From positions 5,100,001 to 5,132,000 of the forward strand of contig NZ_CP064923.1 of NCBI RefSeq assembly GCF_018336915.1: a stretch of 32,000 nucleotides of DNA, read 5' to 3'. The notes beneath the pieces are model-generated. The model was not told the DNA's origin. It did no database searches and was given only the letters and a program-made list of their open reading frames with translations. The translations under genes were made by a program, and so were the position numbers. Positions 16,435 through 25,297 of the stretch are shown piece after piece. This DNA is from Acaryochloris marina S15. Lineage in GTDB: Bacteria > Cyanobacteriota > Cyanobacteriia > Thermosynechococcales > Thermosynechococcaceae. How positions within the stretch are numbered: the stretch's first letter is position 1; every line of letters begins with the position of its first letter.

Positions 16435-19400
16435 ATGGGTTCTGAAACTCCTCCCCCTCCACCAGAGCATTTTTTGAAATCTTCAACTGAGTCAATGGCT
16501 CAGTTGCTTCGCTGGATCGCGGAGTTAGTCCGACAGCGCAATTGGTACATGCTGTTGGTTTTAGTAGGAGTAGGGCTAGCACTATTAACTCATTTCGGTC
16601 GAGATCAGCTCAATCAATTCATCAAGCCAGAATATCAAACTGCCTTCTCATTTTTTCTATGGGGTGGGGTGGTGTTGATCATTCTAGTGGCTTTGGGGTT
16701 TGCCCTCAAAACCCTACCTCGAACTCAGCCCCCTAACCTCGAAGATTTAGCAGAGCGCAAAGCGATTAAGGGACTGCGACCCTTTAGCCAAGACGATGCA
16801 GAAATTTTTGCCCGATTGCAGCGAGAACGATTGCTCCAAACTTGTGTAGAAGTGATCACTAGCTCTGACTTCCGATTTGGAATTTTAGTAGGAGAGTCGG
16901 GCTGTGGGAAGACTTCTGTTTTACAAGCTGGAATTTTACCTCAGTTTCTGAGGTCCGAATGTGAGTTCTGCGGTGTATACGTGCGGTTTTCGGACCAAGA
17001 ACCGCTGGCTGCCATTCGGCAGGCATTAGCTGAGCAGCTAGAAATTCCGATGGAGTGGTTGACCACTGAAACGGATGCACATCCTTTTTTGGCGCTCTTA
17101 ACGCAAGCGGTGACTGCTGCGGACAAGCCTGTGGTCCTGTTTTTGGACCAGTTTGAGCAATGGTATGTCCATGCCAAGCAGCCCGAGGATCGTCAGCCGT
17201 TTTTGCAAGGGTTAATGGCATGGTACAAACAGCCCACTCCGCCAGTGAAGATTCTGGTCTCGATCCGCTCAGATTTGTTTTTCCATATTGTAGAAATCCA
17301 GAAGGCACTCCACTTTGACCTCGGTCCCCAGGATGTGTTTCAGTTGGCCAAGTTTACGCCTGCTGAAGCGACCCAGGTATTGGCGGTGATTGCTCACACA
17401 GAAAATCTCCGGTTTGAAGAATCTTTTGTCATGGAGCTGGCGGAGCAAGAGTTGGCAGGTCGGGAAGATGGGCTGATTTCTCCGGTGGATGTGCAGATTT
17501 TGGCCTGGATGATTGAACGCCAAAATGCCTCGGAGTTGCGGGCCTTTAATCGCCAAGCTTTCCAGAAGTTTGGGGGTGTGGAAGGGCTGTTGATGCGGTT
17601 CTTGGATAAAGCCTTGATGGCTCGGGTCTCGGAGGGGCAGCGACAGGCTGCCTTAAAAGTATTGTTGGCCCTAACGGATTTGGAACGGCAGGTACGGGCA
17701 GGGGTTTTAACGGTCAGTGAATTACAGCAAAAATTAACGGGATCTCTCTCTTCTCAAGAGGTGCGCGAGGCGGTGAGATGGTTGGAGCGGGGAGATGTAC
17801 GGCTGATTACCCCGATCAACCGACAGCAGCAAGAAGTGGGATATGAACTGGCCCATGAACGCTTAATTCCATCCTTACTCAAACAGGCGGGTCGAGAGTT
17901 ATCGGCGGCAGATCAGGCGAATCAGCTTTTGGATCGGCGGGTGAATGAGTGGTTGGGGAATAACCGCAGTGGGCGTTATCTTTTTGGTCCACGGGAGTTG
18001 TGGTCGATTAAACAGCAAAAGCCCTATTTAACCTGGGGACCCAAACGGCCTCAAAAAGAAAAACTGTTGGCTTTAAGCTGGCGGCGAGTGCAAGGATTCA
18101 CGGGGGCATTGATGGCAGTTTGTTTAGGGATTTCTGTGTTTTTAGGTTGGCTATGGTATATGCCGGCAGGACAAATTCAGCAAGTGCGGTGGGCCTTGGT
18201 GAATCCAATGGGTGGCCCCTTAGATAGAGTTAGCGATGAAGATGCAGTCAGTGCAGCGATTGCTTTTGCCAAAGATGGCAAGAAACAAAAAGCAATGGAT
18301 ATGGTGACCCAATATGTTGATCGTCCAGGGAGTCAGGCTCAATTTTTTAGTCAATTTACATCTGTGTTGATTCATGAGACTGACCATCAATCCATCAAAA
18401 AAGATTTAAACCTAATGCAAGTAAGGGCCAAAAAAATTGATGGCCCAAGGTACAAATCTTCTGCCCTGAGAGCGATTGCAGCCGCCTATGGTCAAATTAA
18501 TGACCCCAAACTCGCTCATGAAGTCTTGAAAAATGCCCTAGCCGTCGCCGAAAAATTTGATGACCCATATTCCAAATCTTCTGCCCTGAGAGCGATTGCA
18601 GCCGCCTATGGTCAAATCAATGACCCCAAACTCGCCCAGGAAGGATTGAAAAATGCCCTAGCCGTCGCCGAAAAATTTGATGACCCAAGTTCCAAATCCG
18701 ATGCCCTGAGAGCGATTGCAGCCGCCTATGGTCAAATCAATGACCCCAAACTCGCCCAGGAAGGATTGAAAAATGCCCTAGCCGTTGCCGAAAAAATCGA
18801 TGACCCAAGGTACAAATCCTCTGGCCTGAGAGCGATTGCAGCCGCCTATGGTCAAATCAATGACCCCAAACTCGCCCATGAAGGATTGAAAAATGCCCTA
18901 ACTGTCGCCGAAAAAATTGATGACCCAAGGTACAAATCCTCTGCCCTGAGAGCGATTGCAGCCGCCTATGGTCAAATCAATGACCCCAAACTCGCCCATG
19001 AAGTCTTGAAAAATGCCCTAACTGTCGCCGAAAAATTTGATGACCCACGTGACAAATCCAATGCCCTGAGTGCGATTGCAGCCGCCTATGGTCAAATCAA
19101 TGACCCCAAACTCGCCCATGAAGTCTTGAAAAATGCCCTAACTGTCGCCGAAAAATTTGATGACCCACGTGACAAATCCAATGCCCTGAGTGCGATTGCA
19201 GCCGCCTATGGTCAAATCAATGACCCCAAACTCGCCCATGAAGTCTTGAAAAATGCCCTAACTGTCGCCGAAAAAATTGATGAGCCAACTGACAAATTCT
19301 ATGCCCTGAGAACGATTGCAGCCGTTTATGGTCAAGTCAATGACCCCAAACTCGCCCATGAAGTCTTGAAAAATGCCCTAACCGTCGCCGAAAAAATTGA

Positions 19401-20334
19401 TGACCCACGTGACAAATCCAATGCCCTGAGTGCGATTGCAGCCGCCTATGGTCAAGTCAATGACCCCAAACTCGCCCATGAAGTCTTGAAAAATGCCCTA
19501 ACTGTCGTCGAAAAAATTGATAACCCAAGTTCCAAATCCAATGCCCTGAGAGCGATTGCAGACGCCTATGGTCAAATTAATGACCCCAAACTCGCCCATG
19601 AAGGATTGAAAAATGCCCTAACCGTCGCCGAAAAAATTGATGACCCACGTGACAAATCCAATACCCTGAGAGCGATTGCAGATGCCTATGGTCAAATTAA
19701 TGACCCCAAACTCGCCCAGGAAGGATTAAAGAAGACTCTAAAAGCTGCAGAAGCAGCTAATGCCGAAAGTGTTATGGAAGCAATTTCTGTAAAATATGCC
19801 TATCTAAGCGATTGGGGACAGTCATTAAAGGCCCTGAGATATTGCCCAGAATCTTGGAAAGTGAAAGCCCAGATCAAACTTTTGACCCTTTGGGCTGAGA
19901 AAAAAAATCCTAGATTGATCAATGGCGCAGTGATTGTAGAGCAGCCTGAAGCATCTGAAGAACGGGGTAAATATACCTTCAAGGCCAATCTTTATGGTCC
20001 TACAGAAGGTTGTAATCAGTATGTGGATTGGTGGGAAATCCTAAGTGAAGATCAGGAGCTATTAGATCGCCCCCATTTTGACATCAGTCATGATGATCAA
20101 CAGCCTTTCTCTAGTACGAGTAAGCCCATCCAAGCGTCAGACAATCAAACACTTCTAATTCGGGCTCACCTCCATCTTGAAAACAAAGATAAAAGTGGCT
20201 ATGAGGCCAGACAGGCTTGGAAAGGAACGATCAAAGATGGCTTCGAAATGATTCGCCTACCTGAGAGATTTGCCACCAATCTTGCCAAAGCGGACCCACA
20301 ACCCAAACCTTGCCAAGATAAGTCCCTAACTTAA
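16435..20334 (+). CDS. Membrane-anchored STAND-type P-loop NTPase (NLR-like) with 11 tandem 40-aa helical repeats and an orphan C-terminal domain
   Basis: 1299-aa ORF. Two hydrophobic helices at aa ~37-54 and ~69-91. Pre-P-loop motif KGLRPFSQDDAEIFARLQRE. Walker A GESGCGKTS at 16891-16917. Walker B VVLFLDQFE at 17131-17157. A helical/wHTH-like region ends YELAHERLIP...RRVNEWL. A third hydrophobic helix, GFTGALMAVCLGISVFLGWLWYM, is at aa ~554-576. The repeat array is at 18439-19758. The ~190-aa C-terminal region is unrecognised. The motif order resembles the 'novel STAND' NTPases often fused to WD40/TPR arrays in cyanobacteria and actinobacteria (from memory, not searched). Confidence 0.85.
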   Translation: MGSETPPPPPEHFLKSSTESMAQLLRWIAELVRQRNWYMLLVLVGVGLALLTHFGRDQLNQFIKPEYQTAFSFFLWGGVVLIILVALGFALKTLPRTQPPNLEDLAERKAIKGLRPFSQDDAEIFARLQRERLLQTCVEVITSSDFRFGILVGESGCGKTSVLQAGILPQFLRSECEFCGVYVRFSDQEPLAAIRQALAEQLEIPMEWLTTETDAHPFLALLTQAVTAADKPVVLFLDQFEQWYVHAKQPEDRQPFLQGLMAWYKQPTPPVKILVSIRSDLFFHIVEIQKALHFDLGPQDVFQLAKFTPAEATQVLAVIAHTENLRFEESFVMELAEQELAGREDGLISPVDVQILAWMIERQNASELRAFNRQAFQKFGGVEGLLMRFLDKALMARVSEGQRQAALKVLLALTDLERQVRAGVLTVSELQQKLTGSLSSQEVREAVRWLERGDVRLITPINRQQQEVGYELAHERLIPSLLKQAGRELSAADQANQLLDRRVNEWLGNNRSGRYLFGPRELWSIKQQKPYLTWGPKRPQKEKLLALSWRRVQGFTGALMAVCLGISVFLGWLWYMPAGQIQQVRWALVNPMGGPLDRVSDEDAVSAAIAFAKDGKKQKAMDMVTQYVDRPGSQAQFFSQFTSVLIHETDHQSIKKDLNLMQVRAKKIDGPRYKSSALRAIAAAYGQINDPKLAHEVLKNALAVAEKFDDPYSKSSALRAIAAAYGQINDPKLAQEGLKNALAVAEKFDDPSSKSDALRAIAAAYGQINDPKLAQEGLKNALAVAEKIDDPRYKSSGLRAIAAAYGQINDPKLAHEGLKNALTVAEKIDDPRYKSSALRAIAAAYGQINDPKLAHEVLKNALTVAEKFDDPRDKSNALSAIAAAYGQINDPKLAHEVLKNALTVAEKFDDPRDKSNALSAIAAAYGQINDPKLAHEVLKNALTVAEKIDEPTDKFYALRTIAAVYGQVNDPKLAHEVLKNALTVAEKIDDPRDKSNALSAIAAAYGQVNDPKLAHEVLKNALTVVEKIDNPSSKSNALRAIADAYGQINDPKLAHEGLKNALTVAEKIDDPRDKSNTLRAIADAYGQINDPKLAQEGLKKTLKAAEAANAESVMEAISVKYAYLSDWGQSLKALRYCPESWKVKAQIKLLTLWAEKKNPRLINGAVIVEQPEASEERGKYTFKANLYGPTEGCNQYVDWWEILSEDQELLDRPHFDISHDDQQPFSSTSKPIQASDNQTLLIRAHLHLENKDKSGYEARQAWKGTIKDGFEMIRLPERFATNLAKADPQPKPCQDKSLT
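18439..19758 (+). repeat. 11 in-frame tandem repeats of 120 bp (40 aa) inside the STAND gene
   Basis: Repeat units start at 18439, 18559, 18679, 18799, 18919, 19039, 19159, 19279, 19399, 19519 and 19639. Consensus: DDPRxKSxALRAIAAAYGQINDPKLAHEVLKNALTVAEKI. Lines 19021-19140 and 19141-19260 are letter-for-letter identical. More degenerate units flank the array on both sides. Confidence 0.97.
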
Positions 20335-20374
20335 ACTTCAGTGATCTAAGCAGATTAAGTAAACAATGGGCTTT

Positions 20375-21829
20375 CTATCGATTCACCACTCGGTTATAAA
20401 TCTGCTCATTCACCTTAGCCGACTGCCACAAATCCACCATCGGCTCTGGATAATCTCGCCCCACAACAAACCCAAACATCTCCTGTTCCAACGCTGTTAA
20501 TTGCCAAGGCGTCTGTACCTGTCCCCCTGGCACATCCTTCAACTCCGGTAACCAATGGCGCACATAATCCCCCTGGGGGTCATAATCCTTCGCCTGCTTA
20601 ACAATATTGAAAAACCGGAATCCTCGGGCATCATTCCCCACCCCTGCTGCATAATTCCAATTGCCCCAATTGCTGCAGACATCGTAATCAATCAGGCAAG
20701 ATTCAAACCATTCCGCCCCCATTTGCCAATTCAGGCCCAAATTCTTGGTTAAAAAGCTGGCCACATTCTGCCGTCCCCGATTGGACATAAACCCCGTTGC
20801 CGCCAACTCCCGCATATTGGCATCAATCAACGGGAATCCCGTCTGGCCTGTTTGCCATTTCTCGAAGGTTTCGCGGTTGTCTTGCCAGGGCAACGCCAGC
20901 TCCTGCAAGCCCGACAGCCGAAAGACTCCCTTGCCATGCTTGGCACAAATAAACCGAAAATAATCTCGCCAGATTAACTCAAAAATCAGCCAATACGTAG
21001 AATTATTTTTGACTCGCTCCTGCTCATAAGCCTTTACCTGCTGGTGAATATAGCGCGGCGATACACAGCCCAAGGCTAACCAAGGCGAGAACTTCGTGGA
21101 ATCATTGGGCTGCAGCATCCCGTTACGGGTTTCCTTATACTGCTTTAGACAATCTTGCTCCCAGAGATAGTCCTGCAATCGCTCCAGTGCTGCCGTTTCT
21201 CCACCCGAGAACCGAATCATCGCCCTGGAGTCTGGCTGAGCAGTGGATAATCCCCAGTTTTCCAGTTGGGGCAGCTCACCTGGCTCAGAATCTGGCAGTG
21301 CCGATAAAGTCTGTGGTGTCGGGAACGGGGGTTTAGGCTTAGCTGATTTTTCTACCTGCTTACGAAACTGGGTAAACACCTCCGGCAGCTCTCGAATCGG
21401 AAAGGGCAGCTGTTCTGGGTGATAGAGGGTACTGCTCCAAAACCTTAGGCAATCAATCCCTAGGTCGGCTAAAGCTTTGCGCAGATGGTTTTCGACCTCC
21501 ACCTCTTCAGAGGTAACTTCTCGATTGAAATACACTGCATCGACGTTCAACGCTTGCGCTAGCTCAGGCAGAATCGTTTCAGGATGGCCCTGGCGCAGGA
21601 TCAGATCGCTCTGCTTAGCCCGCAAGGATTGACGCAAATCCGCCAGACTCTCCAGCAAAAACTGGGCTCTAAACGGTCCTGTTTTGGGAAAGCCAAAAGG
21701 CGTTTGACCGAACTGGCGTGGATCGAAGCAGTAGCAGGGAATCACATCCGCATTAGAACGCACCGCCTGGTGCAGCGGGGCATGGTCATGGAGCCGCAAG
21801 TCATTGCGAAACCAAATGAGAACGCGCAC
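20375..21829 (-). CDS. cry: Cryptochrome DASH / photolyase-family flavoprotein
   Basis: 484 aa with a GTG start. N-terminus RVLIWFRNDLRLHDHAPL. FAD-binding region TGFPLIDANMRELAATGFMSNRGRQNVASFL...WGNWNYAAGVG, which matches Cry-DASH more closely than class I CPD photolyase. Confidence 0.9.
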   Translation of the reverse strand: MRVLIWFRNDLRLHDHAPLHQAVRSNADVIPCYCFDPRQFGQTPFGFPKTGPFRAQFLLESLADLRQSLRAKQSDLILRQGHPETILPELAQALNVDAVYFNREVTSEEVEVENHLRKALADLGIDCLRFWSSTLYHPEQLPFPIRELPEVFTQFRKQVEKSAKPKPPFPTPQTLSALPDSEPGELPQLENWGLSTAQPDSRAMIRFSGGETAALERLQDYLWEQDCLKQYKETRNGMLQPNDSTKFSPWLALGCVSPRYIHQQVKAYEQERVKNNSTYWLIFELIWRDYFRFICAKHGKGVFRLSGLQELALPWQDNRETFEKWQTGQTGFPLIDANMRELAATGFMSNRGRQNVASFLTKNLGLNWQMGAEWFESCLIDYDVCSNWGNWNYAAGVGNDARGFRFFNIVKQAKDYDPQGDYVRHWLPELKDVPGGQVQTPWQLTALEQEMFGFVVGRDYPEPMVDLWQSAKVNEQIYNRVVNR

Positions 21830-21831
21830 CC

Positions 21832-23529
21832 TTAACCTCCTGGAGGTGTCACCCCACTGACGGGCTGAGCATAGCTGGTGGCCCGCTGGAGGGAAATTAA
21901 AGCTCGGTTATAGTTCAAAATAGCGGAAATTAAGTTACCTTTTGCCTGAGTCAACGAGTTTTCAGCACTGGTCACATCTAGCTGAGTGCCAATCCCGGCG
22001 CTCGATCTCAACCGCGCTAAGGCCAAACTTTCCTCTGCCAACTGAACACTGCTCTGGGCCGTATTAATATTGCGTAAATTCGACTGCAGATCGGAATAGG
22101 CTTGCTCTACTTCAAACCGCAGATCATTTTTGGTATCGGCAAATTGGGTTTCTGCGATCGCAATACTCTCTTCCTGCTGTGCCGCCCTAGATTTAGCCGC
22201 TTTGCCGTCAAAAAAGTTGATGGACACTTGCAAGCCGACGGCATAGCCAAAGGCACCGGACACACCATCATCCAGCCCTTCCACCACTTCCGCACTGGCA
22301 AAGGCCTGCAGTTGAGGCTTATTCGCCGCCAGAGCAACGCGACGCTGCTGCTGAGCCAACCGGCGTTGACTGAGGAGCTGCGCCAGCTCCACCCGATTTT
22401 GGAGGGCCAACACAATACTTTCTTCTAAGGTCAACAGCCAGCCGCCAGCAATATTGACCTGATCCGCAGCCGACAGGTTGACGGTTTCTTTCACATTGAG
22501 CCGCTGGGCTAGTTGGCGTTGGGCAATCTTCTGCAAATTCTCGGCCTGAGTCGCATTTTGGATCGTATCGGCTAACTGAACTTCCGACTGCAGCACATCA
22601 AATTTGGTACCAAGCCCGGCCTGTTCCCTAACCCTAGCGACCTCAAGGCTAGCCTCCGCATTCCGCACCGCATCCTTCGACACAGTAATCAGGGCTGACG
22701 ATTGTTGAAGATTGTAGTAGTCATTGGCAACATCCAAGCGCAATTGCTCGAGCTGCCGCTTCAGCTCTAACTCAGAAATTTTGACCTGGGCCTTAGCTGC
22801 CCCAATTTGCCCCGACCGAAACCCGGAAGTATAGATATTGTAGGTAGCCGATACCGTCCCTTGAATTCGATTCGAAATGCCTCCACTGTTCCCTTGACTA
22901 ATCGGCACTGCAGCAATGGGCTGCAAAGGTGCCACATTCGTAATCGCAAAGGGCGTCGCACTCGTATTAGCGCGCAACTGGAGCTGCTGAATTTGCTGAT
23001 CAAAAATTTGCTGTTGACTCTGGTTTTGATCCTGCTGTAGCCGGGACTGCAGTTGCTGAATATCGATAGACAGTTCCTGTTGGGACTGAAACTGCTGGGT
23101 TTGCAAACTTTGCAACGTTCGCTGCTGAGCTTGAAGTTGAGCTGCCGCATCCACCTGAATTGGCGTTTGGTTGAGCAGAAAGTTAGCAGAATCCGTCCGG
23201 GTCAAGGCTGACTGCACACTCACGGTGGGCCAGTTGGCGGCTTTGGCCTGGGTCAAAAAACTCTGGTTTTGCTGCAGTTGCAGCTCGGTCACTTGTAGAG
23301 TCAGATTATTGCGTAGGGCTAACTCATAAGCCTGTTGGAGAGCGAGGGGCTGATTGAGATTAATCTCTACATCTGACTCTTGAGTGGGCAAACTCAACAA
23401 GGAGGAGTCGCGGTTCAGTTTAGGTTCTGGCACAGCTGTTTCAGGGGTCTGCCCCAAAGACGGCTGTCCCCCAAGGCCAATCAGGGCTATCCCTAAACCA
23501 GCCGCCACAAGATACAGTCGGATCACCAT
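21832..23529 (-). CDS. tolC: TolC-like outer-membrane efflux protein (OEP family)
   Basis: 565 aa. It has a signal-like N-terminus (LYLVAAGLGIALIGLGG) and two OEP repeats with typical coiled-coil heptads: LTLEESIVLALQNRVELAQL... and ...AEESLALARLRSSAGIGTQLDVTSAENSLTQAKGNLISAILNYNRALISLQRATS. Confidence 0.85.
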   Translation of the reverse strand: MVIRLYLVAAGLGIALIGLGGQPSLGQTPETAVPEPKLNRDSSLLSLPTQESDVEINLNQPLALQQAYELALRNNLTLQVTELQLQQNQSFLTQAKAANWPTVSVQSALTRTDSANFLLNQTPIQVDAAAQLQAQQRTLQSLQTQQFQSQQELSIDIQQLQSRLQQDQNQSQQQIFDQQIQQLQLRANTSATPFAITNVAPLQPIAAVPISQGNSGGISNRIQGTVSATYNIYTSGFRSGQIGAAKAQVKISELELKRQLEQLRLDVANDYYNLQQSSALITVSKDAVRNAEASLEVARVREQAGLGTKFDVLQSEVQLADTIQNATQAENLQKIAQRQLAQRLNVKETVNLSAADQVNIAGGWLLTLEESIVLALQNRVELAQLLSQRRLAQQQRRVALAANKPQLQAFASAEVVEGLDDGVSGAFGYAVGLQVSINFFDGKAAKSRAAQQEESIAIAETQFADTKNDLRFEVEQAYSDLQSNLRNINTAQSSVQLAEESLALARLRSSAGIGTQLDVTSAENSLTQAKGNLISAILNYNRALISLQRATSYAQPVSGVTPPGG

Positions 23530-23685
23530 ATTGCTGGACCTATCAATTCTTTGCTCATATGCTATGGGGATCGGTCTAATTCCACCTTAAAACCACTTAG
23601 AGTCGCAAATCTCAGTGTAAACCATTGTCTGTGACTGCCTCTGTAACTTAGAGATGGCGTACAGGTGGGCTAGATAAACAGCGTT

Positions 23686-24858
<1,173 letters not shown>

Positions 24859-25176
24859 TCATTGTCCTACACCACTTAGGAACTTTTCATCACTTACATC
24901 TCTTCTTTCATCATAGGATCTGGCCGAGAAGAAGACAGGATGTAACGTAATCAAAACAAAGTTAGCCCCAGGAGGGCTCGCGAGGAGCCAGGGAGCAGAA
25001 CCCCTGAGGCAAACGCCATCCTAACAAGCTCATTCGTTTATCCACCTGAGTGGATTTACGGAAACTATTTTTTTCTGAGAACCAGTATTAGTGAGGTGCT
25101 CAGTCATGGGTGCCCCGTCAGACCTTTGAGAACTAACGGTCTTTAACAGACCCAAACTACCTCCTAAAGAAAACGA

Positions 25177-25205
25177 CTCAGCCCTGACAAAAAGTTGAGG
25201 CTGAG
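25177..25205. terminator. Weak bidirectional hairpin downstream of the SLH-protein gene
   Basis: 7-bp stem ctcagcc (25177-25183) / ggctgag (25199-25205) with a 15-nt loop. T-rich tracts follow on both strands: plus ccgttttta, minus tcgttttcttt. Confidence 0.4.
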
Positions 25206-25297
25206 CCGTTTTTATACCTTCCCATGGGATACAGCACTCTACGAAGGAAGCATTGCTCTATCAGTAGAGACGACATTCGAGATTGTGAGTCGGAGTC

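Noticed and set aside
18439-19758. The 120-bp tandem repeats as a CRISPR array or as a diversity-generating-retroelement target
   Set aside because: The repeats are contiguous with no spacers and sit in frame within a long CDS, so this is not CRISPR. No reverse transcriptase or template repeat is in the window. The differences are not restricted to adenine-templated positions, so there is no DGR support.
24961-25025. Possible SRP (4.5S) RNA, because of ...ccagg...gcga...agggagcag...
   Set aside because: The conserved helix-8 sequence (GGUCCGGAAGGAAGCAGC-like symmetric and asymmetric loops) is not reproduced. The resemblance is superficial, so it is kept only as an unclassified structured element.
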